A stretch of 64,000 bases of DNA, taken from assembly GCA_965238005.1 (NCBI GenBank), contig OZ250165.1:3616001-3680000 (forward strand), written 5' to 3'. Under the pieces are notes generated by a model. It ran no database searches, had not been told where the DNA came from, and saw only the letters and a list, made by a program, of their open reading frames with translations. A program made the translations under genes and the position numbers. This document shows positions 47,869 through 57,133 of this stretch, one piece after another; the first letter of the stretch is position 1; each line of letters opens with the position of its first letter. Source of the stretch: Longimicrobiales bacterium (lineage in GTDB: Bacteria > Gemmatimonadota > Gemmatimonadetes > Longimicrobiales > Gaopeijiaceae).

Positions 47869-49062
47869 ATGATTTCAACGCGTGGAGCGCTCGTTGGCGC
47901 AGCCTCGCTCGGGCTCATCGGAGCGCTTTGGGTGGGGTTGAGCGGTCGGGACACGAGGGCCTCGGTGGGTCAGCAGGCCGACGTCGAGGCCCCGCTGTTC
48001 GAGGTCGATCCGCTCTGGCCGAAACCCTTGCCGGACCACTGGATCCTTGGCTCCATCATCGGCGTTTCGGTCGATTCCCGGGACCACGTTTGGATCATCC
48101 ACCGGCAGACAACGTTCGACGCGAGAACGGAGATCGGTGCGATGGCCGATCCTCCCATCGCCGAGTGCTGTATCCCGGCACCGAACATCCTCGAGTTCGA
48201 CCCGGACGGGAATCTCGTCGGCCACTGGGGTGGCCCGGGCGAAGGCTACGACTGGCCCGAGTCCAACCACGGCATCACCGTCGACCACATGGACAACATC
48301 TGGATCGGCGGAAACGGCCAGGAGGACTCGCACATCCTGAAGTTCGCACGCGACGGGACCTTCCTGATGCAGCTCGGGCAGCCCGGGATGCGCACCGGGA
48401 GCAACGACCGGGTGAACTTCTGGAGAGTGGCGAAGATCTCCATCGATCCCGACGCGAACGAGGCCTATGTCGCCGATGGCTACGGCAACAAGCGCGTGGC
48501 CGTGCTCGATGCCTCGACGGGCGAATTCAAGCGATACTGGGGTGCCTACGGGAACCGACCCGACGACGCCACGATCCCGCCGTACAGTCCCGACGCGGCC
48601 CCCGCGCAGCAGTTCCGGAGCCCGGTCCACTGCGCGGAGATCTCGCGCGACAAGCTGATCTACGTCTGCGACCGCGCGAGCGACCGCATCCAGGTCTTTC
48701 AGAGGGACGGCACGTTCGTGACCGAGGCCTTCGTCGCGCCCGCGACGCTCGGCTCAGGCTCGACGTGGGACATCGCCTTCTCTCGCGATCCCGAGCAACG
48801 GTTCATCTACCTGGCCGACGGATCCAACCAGAAGGTCCACGTCATAGAGCGTGAGTCCTTGGAGGTTCTGACGACGTTCGGAACCGGTGGACGACAGCCG
48901 AGCCAGTTCTTTGGCGTGCACAGTATCGCCACGGATTCGCAAGGCAACATCTATACGACCGAGACCTACGAAGGAAAGCGTCTCCAGAAGTTCGTGTTCA
49001 AAGGCCTCGGGAAGGTCACGGGGAGGGACCAGGGGGCGGTTTGGCCCATCTCCCGCGACTGA
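47869..49062 (+). CDS. NHL-repeat beta-propeller protein, exported
   Basis: RBS ggaggag; FEVDPLWPKP, YVADGYGNKRV, DRIQVF, GKRLQKF. Confidence 0.88.
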   Translation: MISTRGALVGAASLGLIGALWVGLSGRDTRASVGQQADVEAPLFEVDPLWPKPLPDHWILGSIIGVSVDSRDHVWIIHRQTTFDARTEIGAMADPPIAECCIPAPNILEFDPDGNLVGHWGGPGEGYDWPESNHGITVDHMDNIWIGGNGQEDSHILKFARDGTFLMQLGQPGMRTGSNDRVNFWRVAKISIDPDANEAYVADGYGNKRVAVLDASTGEFKRYWGAYGNRPDDATIPPYSPDAAPAQQFRSPVHCAEISRDKLIYVCDRASDRIQVFQRDGTFVTEAFVAPATLGSGSTWDIAFSRDPEQRFIYLADGSNQKVHVIERESLEVLTTFGTGGRQPSQFFGVHSIATDSQGNIYTTETYEGKRLQKFVFKGLGKVTGRDQGAVWPISRD

Positions 49063-49138
49063 GTGATCACCTCGCCATGTCGGATCCAGCTTCCCTCGAG
49101 GTCACCCCTGTCGACGCAGCTGCACAACGGAGGCACAA

Positions 49139-50305
49139 ATGCACATGACACAGACAATATCCCGCCGGGGCTTCGTGGGTGGAGCGGCTGCCGGTCTAGG
49201 TTACCTTGGGCTGGGGCCGGGCGCGGACTTGGCCGCGCAGGGGCCATCAGGGTCGCCGCTGATGCCGTTCGACCAGCAGGCCTATGACTATGACTCCTAC
49301 GCCAAATTGGGGAGCAATGAAAACCCCTATGGCCCTTCCAAGTCGGCACTGGAAGCGATGGATTGGGCCTTCAAGTACAGCAACCGGTATGGCTATCCGG
49401 ATGGCGGCATCCTCTCAGCGATCGCGGAGCACCACGGCGTGGAGGAGGACAACGTTCTGCTCGGTGCGGGCTCAGCAGAGATCCTGAAGATAGTAGGAGT
49501 GATGTTGTTGGATCCCGACAAGAAGGTTCTGGGTGCCGAGCCCTCGTACGACCGGGTGTACCGCATTGCGAGCGGCATCAAGGCGGACGCGATCAAGGTT
49601 CCTTTGCTCGACGACTACCGGCAGGACATCCCGGCGATGATCAGGGCTACGAAGGCGCACCACCGGGACATCGGCTTCGTCTACCTCTGCAATCCGAACA
49701 ATCCGACAGGCCGGGTGGTGTATAAGGACGAGGTCCGGCAGCTCCTCGACGAAATCCCAGAGGACGTGCCGGTTCTAATCGACGAAGCGTACCACCACTT
49801 CGTAGAGGATCCCTCCTACGCGACATCCGTACCTTACGTGCTCGAGGGGCGCCAGGTCATCGTGGCCCGCACGTTCTCGAAGATCTACGGGATGGCCGGG
49901 ATGCGCCTCGGCTACGGCATCGCGCCACCTGAATTGATCCAGCGGATGATCCCCTACAGCACACGCACCGTGAACGCCCTCGTTAAATGGGGCGGTGTCG
50001 CCGCACTCAAGGACGTGCGGTCCGAGGCGCGGGTCCGAAGGGTCACCGTTGAGCTCCGCGACCGAACGACGGCTGAACTTCAGGCCCTCGGGTACAGCGT
50101 TATCCCGTCGCAAACGAACTTTTTCATGGTCCACATTCGCCGGCCAGTGCCAGGCGTCATCGCCGAGTTCAGGAAGAGAGGCGTGCTCGTCGGTCGGCCC
50201 TTCCCACCGCTGAACGAGCACCTGCGCGTATCCGTCGGCACCGACGAGGAGATGGGTCGCTTCACAACAGCGTTCAAGGAGATTTTCTCGATCGCGGCGG
50301 GGTAG
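49139..50305 (+). CDS. Class I/II aminotransferase (HisC-like) with a Tat signal
   Basis: SRRGF twin-arginine; NENPYGPS, CNPNNPTG, DEAY, RTFSKIYGMAGMRLGY. Confidence 0.88.
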   Translation: MHMTQTISRRGFVGGAAAGLGYLGLGPGADLAAQGPSGSPLMPFDQQAYDYDSYAKLGSNENPYGPSKSALEAMDWAFKYSNRYGYPDGGILSAIAEHHGVEEDNVLLGAGSAEILKIVGVMLLDPDKKVLGAEPSYDRVYRIASGIKADAIKVPLLDDYRQDIPAMIRATKAHHRDIGFVYLCNPNNPTGRVVYKDEVRQLLDEIPEDVPVLIDEAYHHFVEDPSYATSVPYVLEGRQVIVARTFSKIYGMAGMRLGYGIAPPELIQRMIPYSTRTVNALVKWGGVAALKDVRSEARVRRVTVELRDRTTAELQALGYSVIPSQTNFFMVHIRRPVPGVIAEFRKRGVLVGRPFPPLNEHLRVSVGTDEEMGRFTTAFKEIFSIAAG

Positions 50306-50391
50306 ACCGAAAGATAGCCGTTCAAACGCGCTTTCGGGCGGACGCGGGCGCGGAGGTGCACCCCCCAAGGCGGTGACACCGAGAGCCACGG

Positions 50392-51441
50392 CTATGGCCT
50401 GAACCGGACATACTTCACGAGGCGCTGGCGGCCGACCTCTCCGGCGTAGATGTTGCCGTCGAAATCTACACCGAGGAATTCCACACCGGTGCCCACCGGC
50501 GCTTCGGAATCGGGAATGAACGAGGTGACCCAGCCGGTCTCGACGTCGCCGATCCGGATCCCCCGCTCCCACCCGGGATTCCACTGCTCGCCCGACATCC
50601 CGTCGCCCGCATACACGATGCCATGCGCATCGACGAACACGGTGCTCGGCCGGCCGAACTGAGTCCACACCGCGAGAAGGCTGCCCTCCTGATCGAAGAT
50701 CTGGATCCGGTTATTCCCCCGATCGGCGACGATGATGCGCCCCTGGGCATCGATCGTGATGTCGTGCGGATCGTTGAACTTGCCTGGATCCCCGCTGCGC
50801 GCCTCCACTCCGCCACCCACCTCCAGGAGAAACTCCCCGTCCCTCGAGAACTTGACGATCCGGTTGTTCCCGCCGCGATGTCCGTCCGAGATCCAGATGT
50901 CGCCATTCGGCGCCACGACGACTCCGGCCGGCCCGTTGAAGTGGCGCGGGCCGTAGCCCGAGACCCCGGCCTCTCCCAGGGTCATCACGACCTCGCCGTC
51001 CTGATCGACCTTGAAGACCTGGTGTCCCAAGCCGCGCTTGAGACCCTCGACCTCACGCGCGTCTCCGGCCGGCGCCCCTTCGGTCACCCACAGGTACCCC
51101 TCGTGGTCCAGGAAGAAGCCGTGTGGGAACGAGAACATCCCCGCGCCGAAGCTCTGCAACACGTTGCCGTCCAGATCGAACTTGAAGATCGCGTCCTGGT
51201 CCGAGTTCGCGCAGTGGTTCGCACCGCACCGGGAAAGAATCCAGAGGTGCTCGCCGTCCGGATCGGGAAAGATGCCGCTCGGCACTCCGAGCTTCCAGCC
51301 GTTCGGCATCTTCTCCCAGCCGTGCACGGCGCGATACGGATTGTTGGCCACCGACTGCGCCTGGGACTCAACTGCCCACGTCGCCATCAACACAGCGACG
51401 CCCATCATCAGGACAGGTCCGACTCGACTGTACCGCGACAC
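50392..51441 (-). CDS. NHL-repeat protein (alpha-amidating lyase-like), exported
   Basis: Signal peptide; FSFPHG, FNGP, SDGH..NNRIVKF, DPH.I..D, ADRGNNRIQIF. Confidence 0.85.
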   Translation of the reverse strand: MSRYSRVGPVLMMGVAVLMATWAVESQAQSVANNPYRAVHGWEKMPNGWKLGVPSGIFPDPDGEHLWILSRCGANHCANSDQDAIFKFDLDGNVLQSFGAGMFSFPHGFFLDHEGYLWVTEGAPAGDAREVEGLKRGLGHQVFKVDQDGEVVMTLGEAGVSGYGPRHFNGPAGVVVAPNGDIWISDGHRGGNNRIVKFSRDGEFLLEVGGGVEARSGDPGKFNDPHDITIDAQGRIIVADRGNNRIQIFDQEGSLLAVWTQFGRPSTVFVDAHGIVYAGDGMSGEQWNPGWERGIRIGDVETGWVTSFIPDSEAPVGTGVEFLGVDFDGNIYAGEVGRQRLVKYVRFRP

Positions 51442-51539
51442 GTTGACCTCCCTGTCAAGCTAGAGCGATGAGCGCGGCAAGGACCTCGTTCATCGCGACC
51501 TCTTTCTCTCGGGGTCGAATTTATTCCGGGCGCGAGGCT

Positions 51540-52049
51540 TTACTTCAGGGTCAATCCTTGGCCGGGGTCGATCCGTACGACGGTGTAAGTAATCGACTCT
51601 GGGACCTCGGAAAAATAGTGCGGCGTGCCTGCCGGGATGATGATGATGTCACCCTCGGCGACCTGACGGGTCACCCCGCCTTCCATTCCGGTACCCGTCC
51701 ACCCGGGCCCAGACACCATGCGCCGGCGAGCCGTGTTTTCACGCGGCCGCGGATCGAGCAAGCGACCACCGGTGACCAACGTACCCGAGCCCTCGAGGAT
51801 GGTGTAGACCTCGGTGACTTCGCTGTGGATTGTGCCGGCGACGACGTTCGCCGAGGGACCGCGATGGACGAGCGCGACGCCGACATGATGCCCGCCCGCA
51901 TCGATGGTTCGTATCGGTGTGTCCGCCACATCGTTGGCGATCGCATTCTCCAAGGCGGCTCGAGTGTCCGCCGCCGTCACGTCAACCGCAGGGATCGAGG
52001 TCGAGCCCGCCTGAGTCAGCACGAGCAAGGCTGCAAGAATGTTCGGCAT
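51540..52049 (-). CDS. Exported cupin-domain protein
   Basis: HSEVTEVYTILEGSG and GDIIIIPAGTPH cupin motifs. Confidence 0.82.
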   Translation of the reverse strand: MPNILAALLVLTQAGSTSIPAVDVTAADTRAALENAIANDVADTPIRTIDAGGHHVGVALVHRGPSANVVAGTIHSEVTEVYTILEGSGTLVTGGRLLDPRPRENTARRRMVSGPGWTGTGMEGGVTRQVAEGDIIIIPAGTPHYFSEVPESITYTVVRIDPGQGLTLK

Positions 52050-52585
52050 TGCCCTCTCCATTGTTGAGGCCGTCCCCGAGGATCGACTTGGGAATCACCG
52101 ATTAGGTCCACTAGTACAGATTCCACCGATGGTCTTCGCGCATGGTTCCGGCCAGACGATACGACAGACTGAGTTCTGTCTCAACACTGGCCGCCTTTGC
52201 TCCGCTGGGTCCGGGTGCCGAGCCCGTTCCCCACCATCATCGCTCGTATGCAGCCATCCGACTCCCCATGCCGCTTCAGCACGCCTCCGGTCTGCCCTCC
52301 GTCGTGCCTTACCAGATCGCGCAAGCGTTGGTTCTGTGCGCCACGACTTCCGTCGTGAGGCCGGCCGTCGGTCCGCTTGCCGCCGACGGCGCGTCGGAGA
52401 GGGTCACCGGTTCTCCGTCGCCCGGATCCTCCGACTGGACGGTCAGGGGTCTCCCAGGTTACCGGGCCGTCCTCTTCGGCCGTGCCGCAGTCGTCCACCC
52501 CGTCGGTCCCCCTTCGGCTCGCCCTTAGCGCTTCCGGGAGTGCTGCTTTCAGCGTTGGTGAGCCTTTGAGCATCCAGGAGCTTGG

Positions 52586-55178
52586 CCACGAGACCGTGGG
52601 GCGGGTAGTCTTCGTTGTCGAAGAGGATCGTGACCGGGGTGCCGGCGGTGACCGTGAATGCGGGGACGTCTTAGCGCATCTGTTCCACGACGGTCTTGAC
52701 GACGATCGCGTCGTCGCCGAGGTCGGGCCTCGCGCCGGCAGCCGGCTCGGCGTCGGCGGAGGACATGCGCACGGGGGCAGCGGCGTTGTGTTCCCACATG
52801 CGCTCGACGGTGCGCGCGGCGATGCGGGCGTGAGCCACCGGCGAGTTCAGTACCAGATCGAGCAGGTCCCGGTTCTCGACATTGTGCTGCTGGTGCGCCC
52901 ACAAGGCCTCGAGCAGGTGGTGGGCGTGGTCGGGTTTACTGGGGTCCCACTGGGCCATCCACCCTTCGGTTTCGCTGATGACTTCGGCGGTCGGCCGCTC
53001 CGACAGCTCGACCCGTGCGCGCTGGCGGACGCCGTTGACCGGATGCTGGAGTGCCGTGAGAAGGACCGGGATCGGCTGCCCGTCCAGCTCCACGTGCGCC
53101 TGGAGAGGCCGGTCCGGCGCCGAGATTCGATAGATGCGTCCGTGCGTGTGATCGCGGGCCGGGTCGCGAATGTTGTGCTGCATGTGCCCGATGATGGCGT
53201 TGGCCCAGTCTGCCACGTAGAGGGCGCCATCGTCCCCGATCTCGAAATCGGTGGGACGGAAGTTGGGGTCCGACGAGGCGAGGAGGTCCGCGGCTTCGGT
53301 GCCGGTAACGTCTCCGGTCACCTCATTGAAGTCCAGCGTGTACTGCTTGATTCCAAGGAACGCGATCACGTTCAGAATGATGAAGTTGCCTTCCATTCTC
53401 GGCGGTAGGTGGGCGCTGGAAATGATGCCGCTGGACGGCACCGGTCTGACGGTGTGTTCCAGGAGGCTTCGCATCTCGAACGTGCCATCCCGATTCGGCC
53501 TGACCTGGAAGGCCGCGCCGCCGGTGGCGTCTGTCGCGTAGTGATAGCCCCAGTAGTCGAAGCTGATGCCGTGGGGATTGGGGGGGTTGGGGGCATGGAA
53601 GCTGAATTCGCGCGTGCGCGGATTGAACCGGTACATGCCCGACACGCCGGACTCCTGGTTCGTCGTCCAGGGGGACTCGACGTTCGAGACGTTGAAGATC
53701 CCGCGCTGGTAGTAGAGGAAACCGTCCGGTCCGTAGACGAAATTGTTGGCCGAATGGTGTGTGTCCGCCGAGCCCAGGCCGCCCATGATCCGGATTCGGA
53801 CGTCCGCGACGTCGTCGCCGTCCGTGTCCTTGAGAAACAACAGGTCCGGGACGGAGGCCACGATCACGCCTCCGTTCCAGAATTCGAAGCCGGTTGGGTT
53901 TTGTACGTAGGCAAACGTGACGGCGCGGTCGGCGACGCCGTCCCGGTCGTCGTCCGGCAGGATGAGGAGCCGGTCGTTCATTTCACCGGTCGGCTCCCAC
54001 TTCGGGTAGGTGCCCCACGTCGCGGCCCACAGACGGCCACGGGTGTCCACGCCGAGCTGTACGGGATTCACGAGCTCCGGAAACATCTCTTCGGAGGCGA
54101 AGACGTTAGCACTGAGTCCGGGCTCCAGGCGCATCTGGGCGATCCCCTGCTCGGCGGTCAGAAAGTCGAGCGTGCCGAGCTTGCTGAAGCCGCCCTGTTC
54201 CTGCGGCTCGTCGAGGTTCGAGACAACCTCGACCGGTGCGGGGACGTTGGAGTCGTCCGGTTGAATCGATTCTCCGTTGGCCGCCGCCCAGATGACGCGG
54301 TCCCGGTTCGCCGTCAAGCGATCGAACTGGACTAGCTCCTGTTGCAGGACGTCGTAGTTCGTCTGGCCGTCAGTGAATGCGAGCGTAGACCGGGTGCCCC
54401 AGATGTCGTTGCCGTCCGTGGCCCGATAGCGGTTGAACCAGTGGCGGTTCTTGTCGAGCACGGCGGTTCGGATCGCGTCGATCGTACCCGGGTCGGTGGG
54501 GGGGGTGCGGCCCGTCACTTCGCGTACGATGACTTCGGCGATCTGCCTGTTGCCGACTTCGCCGAGATGTACGCCGTCGATGGTCAACGGCTCCTTGGCG
54601 GCCTCGAATAACCGCTGGGACGCGGTGTACAGGTCGACGTAACCGACGCCCAGTTCGCCGGCGACCGATTCGGTGGCGTCGGCGTAGCGAGCGAGGCGCG
54701 CGTTGTTCTCGCTTCCGTCCGGGAAGTTGGGGTCGTTCAGGTTCTCGTGCGCGATGGGTGAGAAGAGCACGACGTCGGGCGGCCCGTGGCCCGAGTAGTC
54801 CTGGGCCCGCGTGTGGGTGATCCACTTCGTCAGCGCGACACCGTAGGCGGCCGGGTCCTCATCGTAGGACTCGTTGTAGCCGAACATCGCGAAGATCACG
54901 GTGGCCTGTGAGAGCCCGAGGTAGTCGTCCGGAGAAGGGAAGCCCTCACTTCGTGGACGATGATCGACGCGGTCGCCCGTGAAGCCATGATTGCGAATCA
55001 CCAGCTCATGCTCCGGCAAGGCCGCGTGCATATACGCTTCCAGCCAGCCGTGGTGCTGCATGCGGTCGGCGAGCGCGTTGCCGACGAGGACGATGTGCGC
55101 TCCAGGCTCCAGCTCGACGGCCGGTGGCGTGCAAGCGTTTACGAGGAGTGGCAGGGTCAACAGAATCGGTCTCTTCAT
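52586..55178 (-). pseudogene. PVC-type membrane-bound dehydrogenase-like protein (SGNH + propeller + HEAT) with a nonsense mutation in a C-terminal cupredoxin-like domain
   Basis: 835-aa ORF (DGVHL, FASEE, DTDGDD.AD, HGRIYRI) stops at MR-TAA. The same frame continues DVPAFTVTAGTPVTILFDNEDYPPH. Confidence 0.7.
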
Positions 55179-56254
55179 CGATCGAGTGCTCCATCCAGAC
55201 CCGCGGAGCCCGTTGAGGTCGGTCTGTCGGGTGACATGATGGGAGAGTCGAAACTCGCGAGGTCGGCCGGGCGGACGCCGCGTCGGTATCCGTCGAAGCT
55301 GAACCCAACTGGGTGGTACGGGCCGACCAGCGAGACGTCGTCGTCACGCCGGATTTCGTCCTCCAGGCCCATGGTCCACAGGACGGCGTTGATCAGCATC
55401 CGTCGGAAGCCGTCGTTCAGGAAATCCTCCGAGGCGCCGTGGGTGGACGTGAACACCCGCGCCGGGTTTCCGCTCGCGCCGGTATAGATGCGGGTCCAGG
55501 CCACCGGGAGCGTCTCTTTGTCCGGGTCTGGCGGTGCACCGAACTCCATTCCGTTCAGAACCAGACCAGCAGCGAGGACATCCGCGTCGTCCGGGGGATA
55601 CGCCTGGTAACCGCCGGACTGCACGTGCATGTCGTCGACGCCCCGCAGGATCGGATGGTCGAGCCGTGCCTCGACCGGTATCACGCGTGAGCTCTGCTCG
55701 TGGTTCGTCCCGTAGTGTCCGACCCAGGTCTCGCCCAGGACCTGTTCCCCGAATCCCTGCAAATACTCCTCTCCGTCGTAGTTCCATGAGTACTTCACGA
55801 AGGGGCCGTCGTCGATCTGGAACGCATGGGTCGCGGTGCGCAGACCCATGACAGGACCACCCCGATCGAGGTAGTCGACGATGTGCTGCATCTCCGCGGC
55901 GGGGAAGTCCTGGAACCGAAGCGCCACCACCATGAGATCCGCCGTTTCCAGCGCCTCCAGTCCGGCGATGTTCGAGCTGCCCGGTTCGATGAATCCTTCG
56001 TCGTCCAGGGTGAAGAACACACTGGCCTTGAAACCGTATCGTTGCGCGAGAATCCGACCCATGGCCGGCAGGAGCTCTTCCGATCGGTATTCGTGGTCGC
56101 CGGAGATCAGTACCACGTGCTTGCCCGCTCCCGGGCCGGACGTGCCGTCGAACGTCACGCGGTAGGGATTGTCATCTGGGGGTCCAGGGATGCCCCCGGG
56201 GGCGCAGGCCAAGGCGGCCACGGCGCAAGCCGCGACCCAGAGTCGGACGTCCAT
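55175..56254 (-). CDS. ThuA-like (class I glutamine amidotransferase-fold) lipoprotein
   Basis: Lipobox ALAC; LISGDHEYRSEE, GLRTATHAF, PVAW, INAVLW; 4-nt overlap with the next gene. Confidence 0.82.
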   Translation of the reverse strand: MDVRLWVAACAVAALACAPGGIPGPPDDNPYRVTFDGTSGPGAGKHVVLISGDHEYRSEELLPAMGRILAQRYGFKASVFFTLDDEGFIEPGSSNIAGLEALETADLMVVALRFQDFPAAEMQHIVDYLDRGGPVMGLRTATHAFQIDDGPFVKYSWNYDGEEYLQGFGEQVLGETWVGHYGTNHEQSSRVIPVEARLDHPILRGVDDMHVQSGGYQAYPPDDADVLAAGLVLNGMEFGAPPDPDKETLPVAWTRIYTGASGNPARVFTSTHGASEDFLNDGFRRMLINAVLWTMGLEDEIRRDDDVSLVGPYHPVGFSFDGYRRGVRPADLASFDSPIMSPDRPTSTGSAGLDGALDR

Positions 56255-56385
56255 GGAGCCTCCGTTCCCGTGGTGGTCGAGGGTGTCGCGCCAGGGCGCC
56301 CCACCATTATGCCCGCCGGGAGGGATTTGTACCAGTTGCGGGGGTGATACCTGTCGGAGCCGTGACGGAGCACGGTGCCGTCATC

Positions 56386-56421
56386 CCCGTGCGCTCGTTC
56401 TCGCCCGTGCGCTCGTTCTCG
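56386..56421. repeat. 18-bp perfect tandem duplication
   Basis: cccgtgcgctcgttctcg x2. Confidence 0.9.
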
Positions 56422-56428
56422 AAAAGGG

Positions 56429-56648
56429 CGTCTGACCGAGACCGGACTCGGCGTCGGTACACCACGCTACATGAGTCCCGAGCAGGCGACGGGTGATCAG
56501 CACGTCTTCTGGTTCACCGATGATCGGTTTTTGGACACCAACCTGAGGTCAGTGACTCGTGGTCCCCGAGGTGGCGTCCTCCACGTGTAGGGCGACGACG
56601 GCGAGCACGACGTCGTCCCTCCGCGTCATTCCGAACTGGTTTGTATCG
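56429..56648 (+). pseudogene. Ser/Thr protein kinase remnant
   Basis: RLTETGLGVGTPRYMSPEQATGD activation segment joined to a probable C-terminal piece (LRVIPNWF). Confidence 0.6.
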
Positions 56649-56737
56649 AAGCGAAAAAACAACTCAAAAAACAACGACCCCGTAGCCCGCATAGGCCCCG
56701 TGGTCGTCCAAGTGCTTGCAGCACAGCGTACTACGAC

Positions 56738-56786
56738 AGTGAGCCGGGTGGGTCTCGAACCCACGACCTACGAATTAAAGTCCGAT
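56738..56786 (-). mobile_element. Degenerate 3' half of tRNA-Lys, att-site remnant (copy 2)
   Basis: agtgagccgggtgggtctcgaacccacgacctacgaattaaagtccgat; canonical TTCGA T loop, 1-nt deletion in the anticodon loop; direct repeat of 46363-46412. Confidence 0.8.
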
Positions 56787-57040
56787 CGCCTCCATGTAGA
56801 GCGCATGGCCGAGCACGAAGTGGATCTGCTCGCGCGAGCACAGAGATCAGCGAGCCAGTACCGGCAGAAGATGCACTCGCTGCCCACGACGAGGGTCCGA
56901 GCGGTAAGGCTCGAGCGCGCGAAAGCAGTGCCTCGCCCTCACAGCGTAGCCTCTTGTGAAGCCGTATCTTGCCCTGCGAGTCCAGGACGCACAGGTAGAG
57001 CGTGCGAGCGTGAAGGTCGATGCCGCAGTAGTATCTGGCG
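56787..57040 (-). pseudogene. IS110-family transposase N-terminal remnant, multiply frameshifted
   Basis: YYCGIDLHARTLYLCVLD / RALEPYR / LVVGSECIFCRYWLADLC / FVLGHALYMEAI in successive frames. Confidence 0.8.
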
Positions 57041-57133
57041 CGGTCAGCATCGTAGTGGCACACTGCGTGTGCTGCATGCATCGTGGCGCGCAGCATCAGA
57101 AATGCAGAATCGGTAGGTAGCGCAGGAGGACAC

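Larger units (their letters stand above)
46413..56737. mobile_element. Decayed genomic island between two tRNA-Lys-derived direct repeats
   Basis: Bounded by about 50-bp same-orientation repeats; cargo includes truncated genes; no integrase recognised. Confidence 0.6.

Noticed and set aside
52340..52410. HDFRREAG tyrosine-integrase-like motif on the plus strand
   Set aside because: Only a few residues match, and no other catalytic motifs (LGH, Tyr) are recognisable; may be chance in GC-rich DNA
52671..52673. Recoded stop (Sec/Pyl) in the PVC-type gene
   Set aside because: The codon is TAA at a Tyr-equivalent position, and the downstream domain is itself truncated
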